A stretch of DNA of 58,897 nt from a virus (IMGVR_UViG_3300021376_000063:1-58897); one strand, 5' to 3'. Positions 17,291 to 28,660 are shown, numbered from the stretch's first letter. Notes: a model not told the origin generated them from the sequence alone. Program-made: numbers and translations.

Positions 17291-20200
17291 TTAAATCTCC
17301 ATCAAATACCAACCTTGTTGCTCTGCAGCAATTCCATTACCGTTAGAATCGGTATCACCAACATAAATTAAACCAAATGCTGCGTTTGGTGTATTGACAA
17401 CCAATTCACCGCCATTGAAATTGCTAGCACCACCAAGGCTGCTACCTTGACTACTACCTTGTATTCTGGTGTTAGATCCAGATTGTACTCTAATTACTAA
17501 GTTAACCGCAAAATTCAATGCTCCCCCAACATCAACAATTCTAACAGTATCACCAGTCACGGCATTTGCAGGCAACTTCAATACTAAAGTTGATGATGGT
17601 CTTACTAAGTATTGTAGATTAGCTTCCAAATTAATAGCAGTAGAATCTGTATTTCCTTGAGTAGAAATGAAGATAGTCTTTCTTCCACCATTCTTATTGT
17701 AGAAATTCTCATGACCGAAAGCTTCTATAGAAGCATCTTGTCTAATTCTAAATGGTTTTTCTGCGTTGTCACCCAAATTATTAATCGACAACACATTAGA
17801 AGATGCAGAAGCACTATTGGTATAAGTGCCATGTAAAGTAAGGGTAGCACCTGTATTTACACTTATCAGAGGTCTTCCGATTACTGTGGATCCAGTTTGA
17901 GCATCAACCGAGAAGCGAGAGGTAAAGATATTAGATCCATCTTCTGTTATAGAAGAATTCGCTAGTGTGCCAACTGTAAAATCATCACCAACTCTAAGAG
18001 TGCCTGCAATCTTAGTATTTCCGCTTGCGCCCAATACCTCAAAAGCTAAATTATTTGCACTGTCTGCTCTAGATTTATCAAAAGATCCTGACGTAAAGAA
18101 TCCGTCTTTAAATATTTTAATATTTCCGCCATTGTAAATAGATGTGTTTCCTGTAGCAGATTCGACATAGAATTTAGGAATACTTCCATTAGTAATAACA
18201 AAATACTGTTTACCAGGAGTTGTGGTAGTAGAATTTCCACTCAATTCAATGGAGTTATGTACTTTTAAGTTACCACCACCAGAAGTTTCAAAAGTATTTC
18301 CAGTTGAAGTGCTAGAAGGATATCCTTTATCATCAGCAACTCTTTGGGTATTTTCAACATCAAGACTTGGTTGATTTACATCATAACCAATAACAACATC
18401 ACCAATAATCTGTGTGTCTCCAGTAGTAGAAATAGTTCTGAATACTCTCTGAGCTTCTCTCGGTATTGCAGTAGTGCCAATGTTACCATCATTGATAGTG
18501 AAACTTTGAGCGGCAGCTGGATTTACTTGATTTACTCTTACATATTCACCACCAACATTTAAACTTTGCTTATTGAGTCTTAGTAAATCATTAACTGTTA
18601 CATTTGCAGAGAATTCTGCGAGATTAAGAGCGGTGTCAGTACCACTGAGAGGACTTGGTGTGATATATGAAGCATTTTGTTGCTCCACTAATCTATAAAT
18701 TCTTTCTCCATCTGGATGAGAAACTTGTGCTGTTCCTCTTTGTCCTCTCTCAACTTCAACTGTGTATGGAACTGGACTATTCGGAACATAAGGTGTTGGG
18801 AATCCAACTGTCCTTACAATTTCCACTCCAATCAGATACAATTGATTAATACCAATTCCAGTTGGATTGCTTAGTGGTAGAGACCAATATTGATTACCAT
18901 CAACAACTCTTGTTTTGAAAGTATCATCTCCCCATGGAGTATCACCTTGAGTATCAATAACAATAGATTGCAATTGAACTCTAGCAGTTCCAGCATCAGT
19001 AAATCCTGTTTGTAAAGATACAACTACTGGATTATCGGATGAATCTTTTAACGTAAAACCAACTGCATCTCTACTTAAAATATAATATGTTGTTGATGTA
19101 GAAAGTCCCGTTAAATTACCAACATCAATAAATTTAACGGCATCATTTTCACTAAACCAATGCGAGGAAGTTACAATAATTTTATTTGCCACTACTGTTT
19201 GTAGATTGACAATACCATCAAAATTAGGAATTACTGCAAAGTAATCAATATTCAAATTATCCAAATCACCAGTTGATTGGGTTTGACCACTTGTAGTGAT
19301 TATAGATCCAGTAGCAGGAGTTGTAATAATAGATGGAGATACATTTGCATATGTAAATGTAGTTGCATCAACCACAGTAATTGAAACTGTAGAAATAGTG
19401 CTGAAACTTGGTATGGAGCAAACAACTTTTACTAGAGCACCAGTGGCTAAATTATGTGGAGTTGATGTTACGATAGTAGCGGTATTAGAAGATCTAGAAA
19501 CTGTAGAAATTCTAAGTAAACCAAAGATATTTCTATCAATACCCAAATTATTATTTTTCAATCCACCATTTTGGGTAATGTCAGATTCAAAGAATGAAGA
19601 TCCCAATACATTCAAACCATTTCTAATTCTAGTCGTGCCAGCGACACCACCTAATGTAAGTGTTCCAACACTCAAACCAATGTTTAGTGTAGTAACACCA
19701 GTTGGGAATAATGTAAATTCTTGACTTAATGATGTAGTATTGATTTCACCGCCATTGATAGTTAATGTACCATCTAGAATTGTTCTATAATTTTTAACTT
19801 GTAGAGTGCTTTGACCTCTATTTGCATATGCACCACCAATTGTAATTTGTGATACATTTGATGTTGCTGTATTATTTACAGTTCCAACATTAATAATCGA
19901 ATTATTGCTGTTGGTGTGAATATCAAGGGTAGTAGATCCTGTTACGGAAGTTCCAATATCAATATTTTGTGTGGTAGTTGTTGAATTACCAATAGCAATG
20001 TTTTGTGCAAATCCACTTAATACAAGAGAAGTCGTCGTGTTTTGATTAGCAATATTGAATGTAGGAGCAGTAGAGCGAATATCACCACCATTTACATCAA
20101 TATCAGACTGGAATGTAAAGTCTCCAGTTATTCTTGCATCACCAGAAACAACAAAGTTTCTATCAAGTGCAGCATCTGAAACATTAATACCTACTCTACC

Positions 20201-23200
20201 ATTGTCACTATCGGCGGTTGGTCCTACTACACGACCAGCTTCAGATAAAGTGCTAGTTGCAATTCTAAATTCAGCAGTAGAATCTGGATTTGCACTGTCA
20301 CCACCGACAATGAAGGCATGTCTAGTTGTAAGAGGAACTCCTCCTTGTAAATCAGAGAAATTAGTTTGCTTTCTGCCACTTATAAATGCATTACCAACTA
20401 CATCCAAGTTTGCTCTTGGTGTAGTTTGTGAGGTAATGTAAGAAACAACATAATCAGTAGATAATGCTCTAGCTAGGGTATTAATACCTACTTTATAATC
20501 ACCGTAAGTTTCGGTTTCTGTGCGAATAGACTCAGATCCAATAACTCCAACTTCTTTCCACTGAGACTGAGAAATTGCGATTTCCAGAGTTGGTTGTGTT
20601 ATAATCGAAGTAGCATAAACATATGGTGGATTACCTGTTAATGTAGTTTCAGATGCTCTAGTTGTTAAGAGATAAACATATCCATTAGATTCAGAATACT
20701 CATATCCTTCCGAAGAATTATCATATACTGTGTGGACACCATTGATAGTTGTGAATCTATCAATGCCACCAGTAATCTTAATTTGAGATGACCTAGTAAT
20801 TCCTAAAGATGCACCAGGATTTGAAGAGCTAAAGTTAACTTTTCCTACTTGGAAAATTAACTTAATGACGTTGAGATTTGGATAGAATTGAATACCGATG
20901 ATATCAATCGAAGATTCCTGACCTGCAGGAGCATTCAATCTGTAAGGCAGATAAGAGTTTGCATAAACCCAACCTAAAGATCCAGAATAACCAACTTCAC
21001 CACCCTTGAATAGGACATCACCAGAAAGAGGAACAGTAGACCCAAAGGATAAAGTTTGTGAAGAATTAAATCGCGTCTTAGGACCAGTTGTGAACTGATT
21101 TGGTGTTATATTAGTTACTGAGGTTCTGAAAGTATATCTTTGAGTGCCTCTAGGATTCATGTCAAAGATAGCTGCTCTTGCTCTATTCTTGTCGAGAATA
21201 ATATCGCCAGCTCTTGTAGTATCAAGTAGAGGATCATCATCACCTGGAAGTAATGCCTGTCTATCACCAGGACGGGAAACAATCCTGATAGAAGGAGGCG
21301 TCATTATTGCTTCAAATTCTGGGTCAACATTGACCACAATTGGGGAATTGAAGAAGTTTGTTAGATTTGGAGGAGCATTTAATGTAATGATATTTTCAAA
21401 TGTTACGGGATCTTCAAATACCGTAACGAGACTTCCAAACTGCCCATCTTCTGCTTTTTCCTCATCGAGAATTAGAGCATCTAAGAATTCTTCCTCGCCA
21501 GTAATAGCATTAATCTTACGATTACCGATATACAATTCGCCATTAGAGTTAATACCAGTATAGAATACGATACCAGCATCTTGTCTCTTAGATTGTGCAT
21601 AGTAGTCTTCTACCGCACTGAGGATAACAGTCTGTCTAGCAGGGAAACCAGTTGAGTAGTTACCAGGACCGAAACCTAGATATTCAAACGTGTGGTTACC
21701 TGCACGAGCAATCGATGGTCTACGCAATTCAACATAAAGTTTTTGCTCTAGTGGGAATGAAGAATCACCTGCAATAGGAATTAATCTTTCTTCGGCACCA
21801 GAAGATGCAGCTCCAGAAAGTGCTTTTAGTTGATTTACGCCAGTAAACTCATATTGACCAGAACCAGGATTCTTAATAAAATCAATAACTGCTTCTTTGG
21901 TAATAGAATTTTTGGCATCGTTGATAGTAACTAAACCATGAATATAGTTGTCAGCAGCACAAACAGATGCTGGTGGGTCAACTATGTTAGTATTCTGACT
22001 TCCACCTTGTCCATCGCTACCATCATACTGGAATAGTAGTGGATCGTTTTTGTATGTTAATGGATATAGTCTAGAAACTGGCTGACTAAACTTAAAGTTT
22101 CTGAAGTTGATACCAACTCCAGATCCAGTAGGATATGGAGAAATATCACCTCTTACACAAGTTAAGTAGTAAACACCATCTTGCTGTCTAGGAATTCTTC
22201 TCTGAACTTCTTCAATATCGTAAATATAGTATGTTTCACTTAAATCATCAACATCTTCCACACTAACAACTCTATATTGTCTAGCAGCATCGTCAGTAAT
22301 TACATCACCAGGAGTTACTGTATAAACATTAGAAGCTTCTACAGCATAAAGATATTCTGATTTATCTTCTTTACCGAAGTTTGGTCTCGAAAGCAATTCA
22401 GCAGTAACATCTGGTTGTCCATCAATTCTCTGACGGAAGAATGTTTGTGTCTTCTCGTCAAAGTCAATCTGTCCTTCAACTGCACGAAGAATTAGATAAT
22501 TAAACTCTTCCAATCCACCTTCGACTGGCTCAGAACCAAACCAAGAATGCACAATTGCGCTTCCTTGATACTCACCATACCAAGTAATTCTAGTGCCAGG
22601 AATAAATTCGCCGTTACCACCCTGAGGTTGTCCTACTTTTACAGTAACAAATCTTTCTGCCTTGAGAGATTCTACGTCAATTCCATGGTCAAATACAACC
22701 ATTTCTAGGTAATTATTTACAATCTTAGCAGATTGAATCGTAAATGATACATTTGATTCAGTATTGGTGCCTGCAATTCTCTTGGCAAAAATGGGATTGT
22801 AAGGGTCATACTGTGTGCTAGCACCAGCAATACCTAGACGCTCTCTTGGAGATGGACCTTCTTCAAAGAAAGTTGCATCTTTCTGGTCATTTGCAGAAAC
22901 TGGCTTGAGAAGAATTCTTTGTGGGACTAGTTTTCTCTTTTCGTCAGTTCTAATCTTAATTACAAATCCACTGAGAGGATCTCTTACATCGTCTCTATAA
23001 TTAGGAATTACATAGCGTAGTTTGTAAACCTTATCCTCTTTCTTTCTGGTATCATCTGCTCTATAGAAGAAAGAATCTGGAGTGCGGGGTGGTTTATTTA
23101 CATATAGACTTCCTCTTGAAGCATCAGATAAAGTAAGTCTATCATAAATTTCATTACCCTGAAGTAAAGTCTTCAAGAACCAACCATTCTGCACTGGGTC

Positions 23201-26200
23201 ATATCCTAGAGGACTTCTCTTTTTAGTAGCTAATACATAGAATGACTGACCGCTTGGATAGTTGAACTGCACCGCATTTTGCTTGTTAATAGCATCCTGT
23301 ACGGTTAGATAGATAGAAAACTGATTGTTAGAGGTATAAGTAGCTGGGCGTCCAACAAAATAAGTTCTATTAATTTCCAATCTATTGCCATTTGTCTTAG
23401 ATGGTAATGTCTCAAGTGCAGTGCCAGTTGGAGCTCCATTAACAAGATTTTCTTCCAGAGGATAGAAGAATACTTGCTGCACTTGAACTCCACTAATAGC
23501 AGTATCAAAAATGTGGTTAGTTGTTGTTTGGAATACTCTCGAACTTACAAGAGAGCAGGTATAGCGATGTAGGTTATAATCTACGTCCGTCATATACTGA
23601 TGGACTTCAATCTGCACATCTGGGTCAATAGAATTAGTCTCAGATGAATAAATGTAGTTACCAGCAGCAGCATTTTCAACGCTTGTGGCAAGCATGAAAG
23701 TTTGCGAATCATTAAACTGTGATGTTGCTCCACCTGCAGAGTAATCAAATGGCGAAGTAATTTTACCAGGAGCAATCACATAATACTTAGTATTACTATC
23801 AAAACCTTTCGGTAATCTAATTAAACGCTTATCCATATTCACTGGTTGTCCAGTGAATGGATCTTTCTTAGCGACTGGGACTAGTTTCACTGGAGTGCCA
23901 GTTTCTAGATTGTGTGGATTGTTACCAGCAACACGGAAAATAGTTGCTCTTTGTGCAAAGGATGCAGTATTAACTAATTGCGATACAAGTGGCTCTGCAT
24001 CAATTCCATTGCGAATAACACTCTCGATTACACGCATTTTTTCAACAATAGCATCTTTTGTTGATGCACACTTGTTGCTAGAATTATCTACAGTAATGCT
24101 AATATCTTTTTCTGGTTTAGTTCTCTCAGTATACTCATCTGTGCCATATGTTTTTGGTGGCAGAGGAGCAGTATTCGTCAAAGCACCAATTAGAATATCA
24201 AATTCTGTGCTTATAGTATAAGCAACATCTGCACAGACTGGCACCCCAGCAGTGGTCGTGTCAATGCTTAAATCTGTTTGAGGAAGCAGGACGGTGTTTG
24301 GAAGCTTCTGATATGAAGGATCAGAAAAGGTGCCATCACCTGTCTTCCAATTACGCATTGCAAGAATAGCAAGATCTCTTGCTTTCTTGTAAGCATAAAC
24401 ACTCATATCTAACTCACCCTCTAGTGAGATAGCCCCACCATTATAGCTAAGAGGTGGTAAAATAAATGCACTATTGTTTAATTTTTGAATGATAATACCA
24501 AACAAACTATCAATAGTGTTTCTCACATCCAAGCAAGAGTTTGGATTATTATTTGGAATATCAGGACCGACTACTCCTAGTTGTGCTGGTCCTTCAGAGA
24601 TTTCAAAATCTCTTACATTCAGTTGATTAGTAACCGCTTTGAAACAGAGATCTCTAGCCGCAGTAAAAGCAGTAATAGATTGTGGAATTTCTCCTGCTAG
24701 TCCATTATTAATTAGAGTGTTGCCAGTGCTATCAAAATAGGATTTGGTTGCTCTAATAATGTTAGAGTTTCCACCTAAAGCTAGATCTTCTGCGATAGCA
24801 TCTACAATGTAACCAATATCGCGCTTACACTTAGCTTGGAATTCAGGTGCGCTACCATAGTTAATTTGAGGAAGTGCTGGATTTTGCTGAGTAGCAGTTA
24901 CTAAATCTCCCTGACGAATTCTAGCAAAGATTAACTGTGATAGAGTATCAATCGTCTGCTGCACATTAGTGCAAGACTGAGAATCAGTGTTGTTATCTGT
25001 AACACCAGGAGTGCCAAAGTCACTAACACCAGATTGTGTAGATCCTGGTAGTGGGTCTCCAGTGATTCCAAGATCTTTAACTGTTAACTGGTTGGTGATT
25101 GCCTTCTTCATTTCGGCAATCGCTGCATTATATGCAAAGATTGATTGTGTCTCTTCTCCCTGGAGACCGTTTTGAATCCAGGCTTGCTCTGCTGTAGAAA
25201 CAGTGATTACAATATCATCTGCTACGTTGACACCACCAATTGTAGATCCTAAAATTCTAAGTGTGTTTCCAGAGGCATACTTATATCCACCATTTACGAT
25301 TGTTACAGCACTAATTGCACCAGAAGAATTTCTAGTTACTGTAAATGTGGCACCCACACCATCACTAGTTGTGGTAGTTGCTACACCAGTATAAACTCTA
25401 TTTGGTTTGCTAGCAAGAGTAGTGCCATTATTTCTAGTAAACGTAAGAATCTTGCCATTTACCTTATCTTCTAAGAAATATTGACGAATGAAATCAATAG
25501 AGTATGAATTCCCGAGTGTAGTTAAATCTGTAGAAATAGCATCTACAAAATGACCAATATCACGCTTACACTTATTCTCTAAATCATCTGGTTGAGGATT
25601 TGGAAGACCATTAAGAATTAGAGCATTATATGCATTATTAATAATTTCAGCTCTATTTTGCTGAATTAGTCTGTAAGAATCTTTGTATCTAGAATATACA
25701 TTAGTTCTATCATCACCACCATTAGTAAATCCACTTCCACCATAATAAAAATCTGGATAATCGATAGCAAGTTTTGCAGATGCTTTATCAATAATTTCTC
25801 TTCTATTTGCAAGAATTAAATCTTTAGCATCGAAGTAGCGACTTGAAGCACCAACATACTTCTCCGCAGCAGTAACCATTCCAGAGTTACCAGTAGAAGC
25901 AAGGTCTTCTACTAGTGCATCCAAGACAAACTTAATATCACGCTTGCAAGTATCACTGCTTGGTACAGTTACAGCAGGATACTGTAGTTTTGCTAAATTG
26001 AGAGCTTCCTCAGCAATAAATTCTTTATTTAACTTAATTAAAGTACCTGCATCGAATGCTCTACCAGAAGATGATGCAAACTTACCTTGATTTAGACTGA
26101 AGTTTAAAGTGATACCACCTGATGTTGGACCAGATGCAACAATGGTCGCTAAAGCATTTACTAGCTCAGTATCATTTCTATTACCGAGTTTAAATTGAGT

Positions 26201-28660
26201 GGTGCTAACTATCTCTGCTACATATGTACCTGCGGGAATTGGATTAGTTTGACCAGTTGCTGGTGTAGCAGTAACTACCATTCCTTCAACAATACCAATT
26301 GTGGTAATGCCATTTGGTACACTTACCGTAGATTGTCCACTAAATGTGCTGCAATTTTGAATTCGGAATTCCCAATTACGCATTGCCGCAACAGCAAGAC
26401 TTCTAGCATAGTTAAATGCATCTAAGGTCTCTTCTTTTTCTGTCTCAATGTAATCTAGTTGATTGCCAGTGTAGTATGCTTGTGCTGCTTGAATGCTGTT
26501 GACATTGCCACCAACACGTAAATCGTTTGCAACTGCTTCAAGAATATAACCAACATCTCTCCTACACTTATTGATGCTGATTTCTCTTGTTAGCAGATAT
26601 GGGAACTTTCTAGTAATGTATCCATAAGTCTCTGCCGCAATGAAATCTCTATTTAAATCTAGAAGATTTGCCGCATCCTGGTCATTATTTGAAACTCCAG
26701 TCACAATATTAGGACTTAAGATAGAAAGAGCTACATCCCACTTTCTGTAACCAGATGGAGAGATTTCCGCTTGACGAATCGACCCAGTAAAACCAGTAGC
26801 AGGGTCTAGTTTAACATAGATTTTCTCATGTGCTCTTGCGCCCAATCTAAAGCCGTTAACTGTAGTAGCTGGTTTCTGTAATGGATCAGAAGATTCATCA
26901 TTTGCCAAATACAATCTAACGAGATTAGATGGACCACTATTATCTAAAGCATTAGAATTTCTAGTTTTGATTTGATTGAAAGTAAAATACTGATACTTCT
27001 TAGTTGTAGTAGTTACTTTTCTAGGTGGAACGATGTGCGAAATATATCCGCCTTGGTCTTGAGCAAAGGAATAACCTTTGTAACCGATAGCATGTAGCGA
27101 AGTATTACCAAAGTTTGAGTTTGAGTTGGTGATCGACATGTCACCACCAGACTCCATGAGGAAGTGGTCAGCAAAACCTACAGCGAAGATAGAAACGTTT
27201 TGGATGAATGCGTCATTCGATGCCTTAACGTGGAAGTTTCTCCAATCATCCTTCCAATATGCATCACCTTTAGTGTGATAGGGAGTTGTAGCAAACGCAT
27301 CAGTGAGAGGTGCCTGATTCCAGGTATTACTAAATTCATCATAACGAATAAACGCACGATCATCTCTCTGTAGCGATACACCCGTATACTGGGCGATAAC
27401 CATCGATTTGAAACCACTGGCCTTGCTACCATCAGCGTGAATGCCGCAGATACCCCACGTAGAGCGGATAGAGACGTTGAAAACGTATGGCGAGGCAGAT
27501 TCCACAGAATCAACTTCTGCCTGCGTAATGGCGTTTGTATCGAGCGTAGGTGGCGTAATTGGTTGACCGATTCTATCACCAAGACCTACGGCAGCAGCAT
27601 TCTTTCCTTCTACACGATATGTAAATTCTTTTGAATCAGAAATACTGATTTCTCTTACAGCAAAAACACCAGTTAGGGGGTCATTTGCTAGAGGAATTGT
27701 TTCGGTTGCTCCAGCTGGAAGTGTTGAGCGTAGATTTGCTACGGCAATTGCTTGTCCTACATAGTAACCATGATTTGTTTTTGTTTTGACAGTAACATCG
27801 AGAGCTGTAGTGCCAGGGACATTATTGACTTCGATAGAATCGATACGAATAGCATCCTGGAGAGGACCAACAATTCTGTTTTCCTGAGGTCTTTGCTCAA
27901 ATTCACCTGGATCATCAATAGTTGGTTGAAACAGAGAGAATGCCTTAGCAATCTTTCTGTAAAGTAGTCCCAAATCTTCTCTACTTGCAAATTCAAAGTT
28001 GCAAATTTTGTGGTGAGAATAATATGGAATAGTGGTGATAGTGGAGTTTGGTTGTGAATATACTTTACCAATTCCCTCTTGCACATCATAAAGAGGTGAA
28101 TTTTTCTCAACATCACCATCAAGAATAGTAAACTGCCAGAAATAGCATCCACCAGTTACGTTGAAAAGAGTTGTGCGACCGACATCTTTATCAGCAGGAT
28201 CTGGTACATAAAGAGGATGTAGACGAGTTCTACGAAGGTCCATACCAACGAGTGAGGTGCCTCTAGGAATAGTAGCACCACCTTTAGGACCGTTAAACTT
28301 ATAGAGAATGTTATTAGGATTGCCAAGATCAACGATGGATTCATCTTCCCACTCGTCAGTAGCTTGATTGAATGCAAAAGGAACAATCTCCTCTGGATTC
28401 ATGATACCTGGGCGGTTATCAATATAGTGATTACCAGGAGATAGCATGATCGTAAATTGATCAAAGCGATCATTCTCCTTACCAGGAACATACGAATATC
28501 GAGCAACTTCAAGGAATGCTCTCTGAATTGTGAGGAAAGGACGGGTTGGGGAGTTGCCTCTATTGTCTAAAGCGTCAGAAGCGTTAAAGTCGTCAGGTGA
28601 AACATATAGATATCTTCCAGTTTTGCTGGAAATTAAATTCTCTAGTTTGGTTAATGGCAT
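17291..28660 (-). CDS. Giant virion structural protein (3789 aa; baseplate/tail-fibre associated)
   Basis: LYVSPDD..GNSPTRPFLTIQRA N-terminus, beta-rich body, C-terminal LKLPANAVTGDTVRIVD..GW gp9/gp10-like domain; preceded by a TATAAATA late promoter. Confidence 0.8.
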   Translation of the reverse strand: MPLTKLENLISSKTGRYLYVSPDDFNASDALDNRGNSPTRPFLTIQRAFLEVARYSYVPGKENDRFDQFTIMLSPGNHYIDNRPGIMNPEEIVPFAFNQATDEWEDESIVDLGNPNNILYKFNGPKGGATIPRGTSLVGMDLRRTRLHPLYVPDPADKDVGRTTLFNVTGGCYFWQFTILDGDVEKNSPLYDVQEGIGKVYSQPNSTITTIPYYSHHKICNFEFASREDLGLLYRKIAKAFSLFQPTIDDPGEFEQRPQENRIVGPLQDAIRIDSIEVNNVPGTTALDVTVKTKTNHGYYVGQAIAVANLRSTLPAGATETIPLANDPLTGVFAVREISISDSKEFTYRVEGKNAAAVGLGDRIGQPITPPTLDTNAITQAEVDSVESASPYVFNVSIRSTWGICGIHADGSKASGFKSMVIAQYTGVSLQRDDRAFIRYDEFSNTWNQAPLTDAFATTPYHTKGDAYWKDDWRNFHVKASNDAFIQNVSIFAVGFADHFLMESGGDMSITNSNSNFGNTSLHAIGYKGYSFAQDQGGYISHIVPPRKVTTTTKKYQYFTFNQIKTRNSNALDNSGPSNLVRLYLANDESSDPLQKPATTVNGFRLGARAHEKIYVKLDPATGFTGSIRQAEISPSGYRKWDVALSILSPNIVTGVSNNDQDAANLLDLNRDFIAAETYGYITRKFPYLLTREISINKCRRDVGYILEAVANDLRVGGNVNSIQAAQAYYTGNQLDYIETEKEETLDAFNYARSLAVAAMRNWEFRIQNCSTFSGQSTVSVPNGITTIGIVEGMVVTATPATGQTNPIPAGTYVAEIVSTTQFKLGNRNDTELVNALATIVASGPTSGGITLNFSLNQGKFASSSGRAFDAGTLIKLNKEFIAEEALNLAKLQYPAVTVPSSDTCKRDIKFVLDALVEDLASTGNSGMVTAAEKYVGASSRYFDAKDLILANRREIIDKASAKLAIDYPDFYYGGSGFTNGGDDRTNVYSRYKDSYRLIQQNRAEIINNAYNALILNGLPNPQPDDLENKCKRDIGHFVDAISTDLTTLGNSYSIDFIRQYFLEDKVNGKILTFTRNNGTTLASKPNRVYTGVATTTTSDGVGATFTVTRNSSGAISAVTIVNGGYKYASGNTLRILGSTIGGVNVADDIVITVSTAEQAWIQNGLQGEETQSIFAYNAAIAEMKKAITNQLTVKDLGITGDPLPGSTQSGVSDFGTPGVTDNNTDSQSCTNVQQTIDTLSQLIFARIRQGDLVTATQQNPALPQINYGSAPEFQAKCKRDIGYIVDAIAEDLALGGNSNIIRATKSYFDSTGNTLINNGLAGEIPQSITAFTAARDLCFKAVTNQLNVRDFEISEGPAQLGVVGPDIPNNNPNSCLDVRNTIDSLFGIIIQKLNNSAFILPPLSYNGGAISLEGELDMSVYAYKKARDLAILAMRNWKTGDGTFSDPSYQKLPNTVLLPQTDLSIDTTTAGVPVCADVAYTISTEFDILIGALTNTAPLPPKTYGTDEYTERTKPEKDISITVDNSSNKCASTKDAIVEKMRVIESVIRNGIDAEPLVSQLVNTASFAQRATIFRVAGNNPHNLETGTPVKLVPVAKKDPFTGQPVNMDKRLIRLPKGFDSNTKYYVIAPGKITSPFDYSAGGATSQFNDSQTFMLATSVENAAAGNYIYSSETNSIDPDVQIEVHQYMTDVDYNLHRYTCSLVSSRVFQTTTNHIFDTAISGVQVQQVFFYPLEENLVNGAPTGTALETLPSKTNGNRLEINRTYFVGRPATYTSNNQFSIYLTVQDAINKQNAVQFNYPSGQSFYVLATKKRSPLGYDPVQNGWFLKTLLQGNEIYDRLTLSDASRGSLYVNKPPRTPDSFFYRADDTRKKEDKVYKLRYVIPNYRDDVRDPLSGFVIKIRTDEKRKLVPQRILLKPVSANDQKDATFFEEGPSPRERLGIAGASTQYDPYNPIFAKRIAGTNTESNVSFTIQSAKIVNNYLEMVVFDHGIDVESLKAERFVTVKVGQPQGGNGEFIPGTRITWYGEYQGSAIVHSWFGSEPVEGGLEEFNYLILRAVEGQIDFDEKTQTFFRQRIDGQPDVTAELLSRPNFGKEDKSEYLYAVEASNVYTVTPGDVITDDAARQYRVVSVEDVDDLSETYYIYDIEEVQRRIPRQQDGVYYLTCVRGDISPYPTGSGVGINFRNFKFSQPVSRLYPLTYKNDPLLFQYDGSDGQGGSQNTNIVDPPASVCAADNYIHGLVTINDAKNSITKEAVIDFIKNPGSGQYEFTGVNQLKALSGAASSGAEERLIPIAGDSSFPLEQKLYVELRRPSIARAGNHTFEYLGFGPGNYSTGFPARQTVILSAVEDYYAQSKRQDAGIVFYTGINSNGELYIGNRKINAITGEEEFLDALILDEEKAEDGQFGSLVTVFEDPVTFENIITLNAPPNLTNFFNSPIVVNVDPEFEAIMTPPSIRIVSRPGDRQALLPGDDDPLLDTTRAGDIILDKNRARAAIFDMNPRGTQRYTFRTSVTNITPNQFTTGPKTRFNSSQTLSFGSTVPLSGDVLFKGGEVGYSGSLGWVYANSYLPYRLNAPAGQESSIDIIGIQFYPNLNVIKLIFQVGKVNFSSSNPGASLGITRSSQIKITGGIDRFTTINGVHTVYDNSSEGYEYSESNGYVYLLTTRASETTLTGNPPYVYATSIITQPTLEIAISQSQWKEVGVIGSESIRTETETYGDYKVGINTLARALSTDYVVSYITSQTTPRANLDVVGNAFISGRKQTNFSDLQGGVPLTTRHAFIVGGDSANPDSTAEFRIATSTLSEAGRVVGPTADSDNGRVGINVSDAALDRNFVVSGDARITGDFTFQSDIDVNGGDIRSTAPTFNIANQNTTTSLVLSGFAQNIAIGNSTTTTQNIDIGTSVTGSTTLDIHTNSNNSIINVGTVNNTATSNVSQITIGGAYANRGQSTLQVKNYRTILDGTLTINGGEINTTSLSQEFTLFPTGVTTLNIGLSVGTLTLGGVAGTTRIRNGLNVLGSSFFESDITQNGGLKNNNLGIDRNIFGLLRISTVSRSSNTATIVTSTPHNLATGALVKVVCSIPSFSTISTVSITVVDATTFTYANVSPSIITTPATGSIITTSGQTQSTGDLDNLNIDYFAVIPNFDGIVNLQTVVANKIIVTSSHWFSENDAVKFIDVGNLTGLSTSTTYYILSRDAVGFTLKDSSDNPVVVSLQTGFTDAGTARVQLQSIVIDTQGDTPWGDDTFKTRVVDGNQYWSLPLSNPTGIGINQLYLIGVEIVRTVGFPTPYVPNSPVPYTVEVERGQRGTAQVSHPDGERIYRLVEQQNASYITPSPLSGTDTALNLAEFSANVTVNDLLRLNKQSLNVGGEYVRVNQVNPAAAQSFTINDGNIGTTAIPREAQRVFRTISTTGDTQIIGDVVIGYDVNQPSLDVENTQRVADDKGYPSSTSTGNTFETSGGGNLKVHNSIELSGNSTTTTPGKQYFVITNGSIPKFYVESATGNTSIYNGGNIKIFKDGFFTSGSFDKSRADSANNLAFEVLGASGNTKIAGTLRVGDDFTVGTLANSSITEDGSNIFTSRFSVDAQTGSTVIGRPLISVNTGATLTLHGTYTNSASASSNVLSINNLGDNAEKPFRIRQDASIEAFGHENFYNKNGGRKTIFISTQGNTDSTAINLEANLQYLVRPSSTLVLKLPANAVTGDTVRIVDVGGALNFAVNLVIRVQSGSNTRIQGSSQGSSLGGASNFNGGELVVNTPNAAFGLIYVGDTDSNGNGIAAEQQGWYLMEI

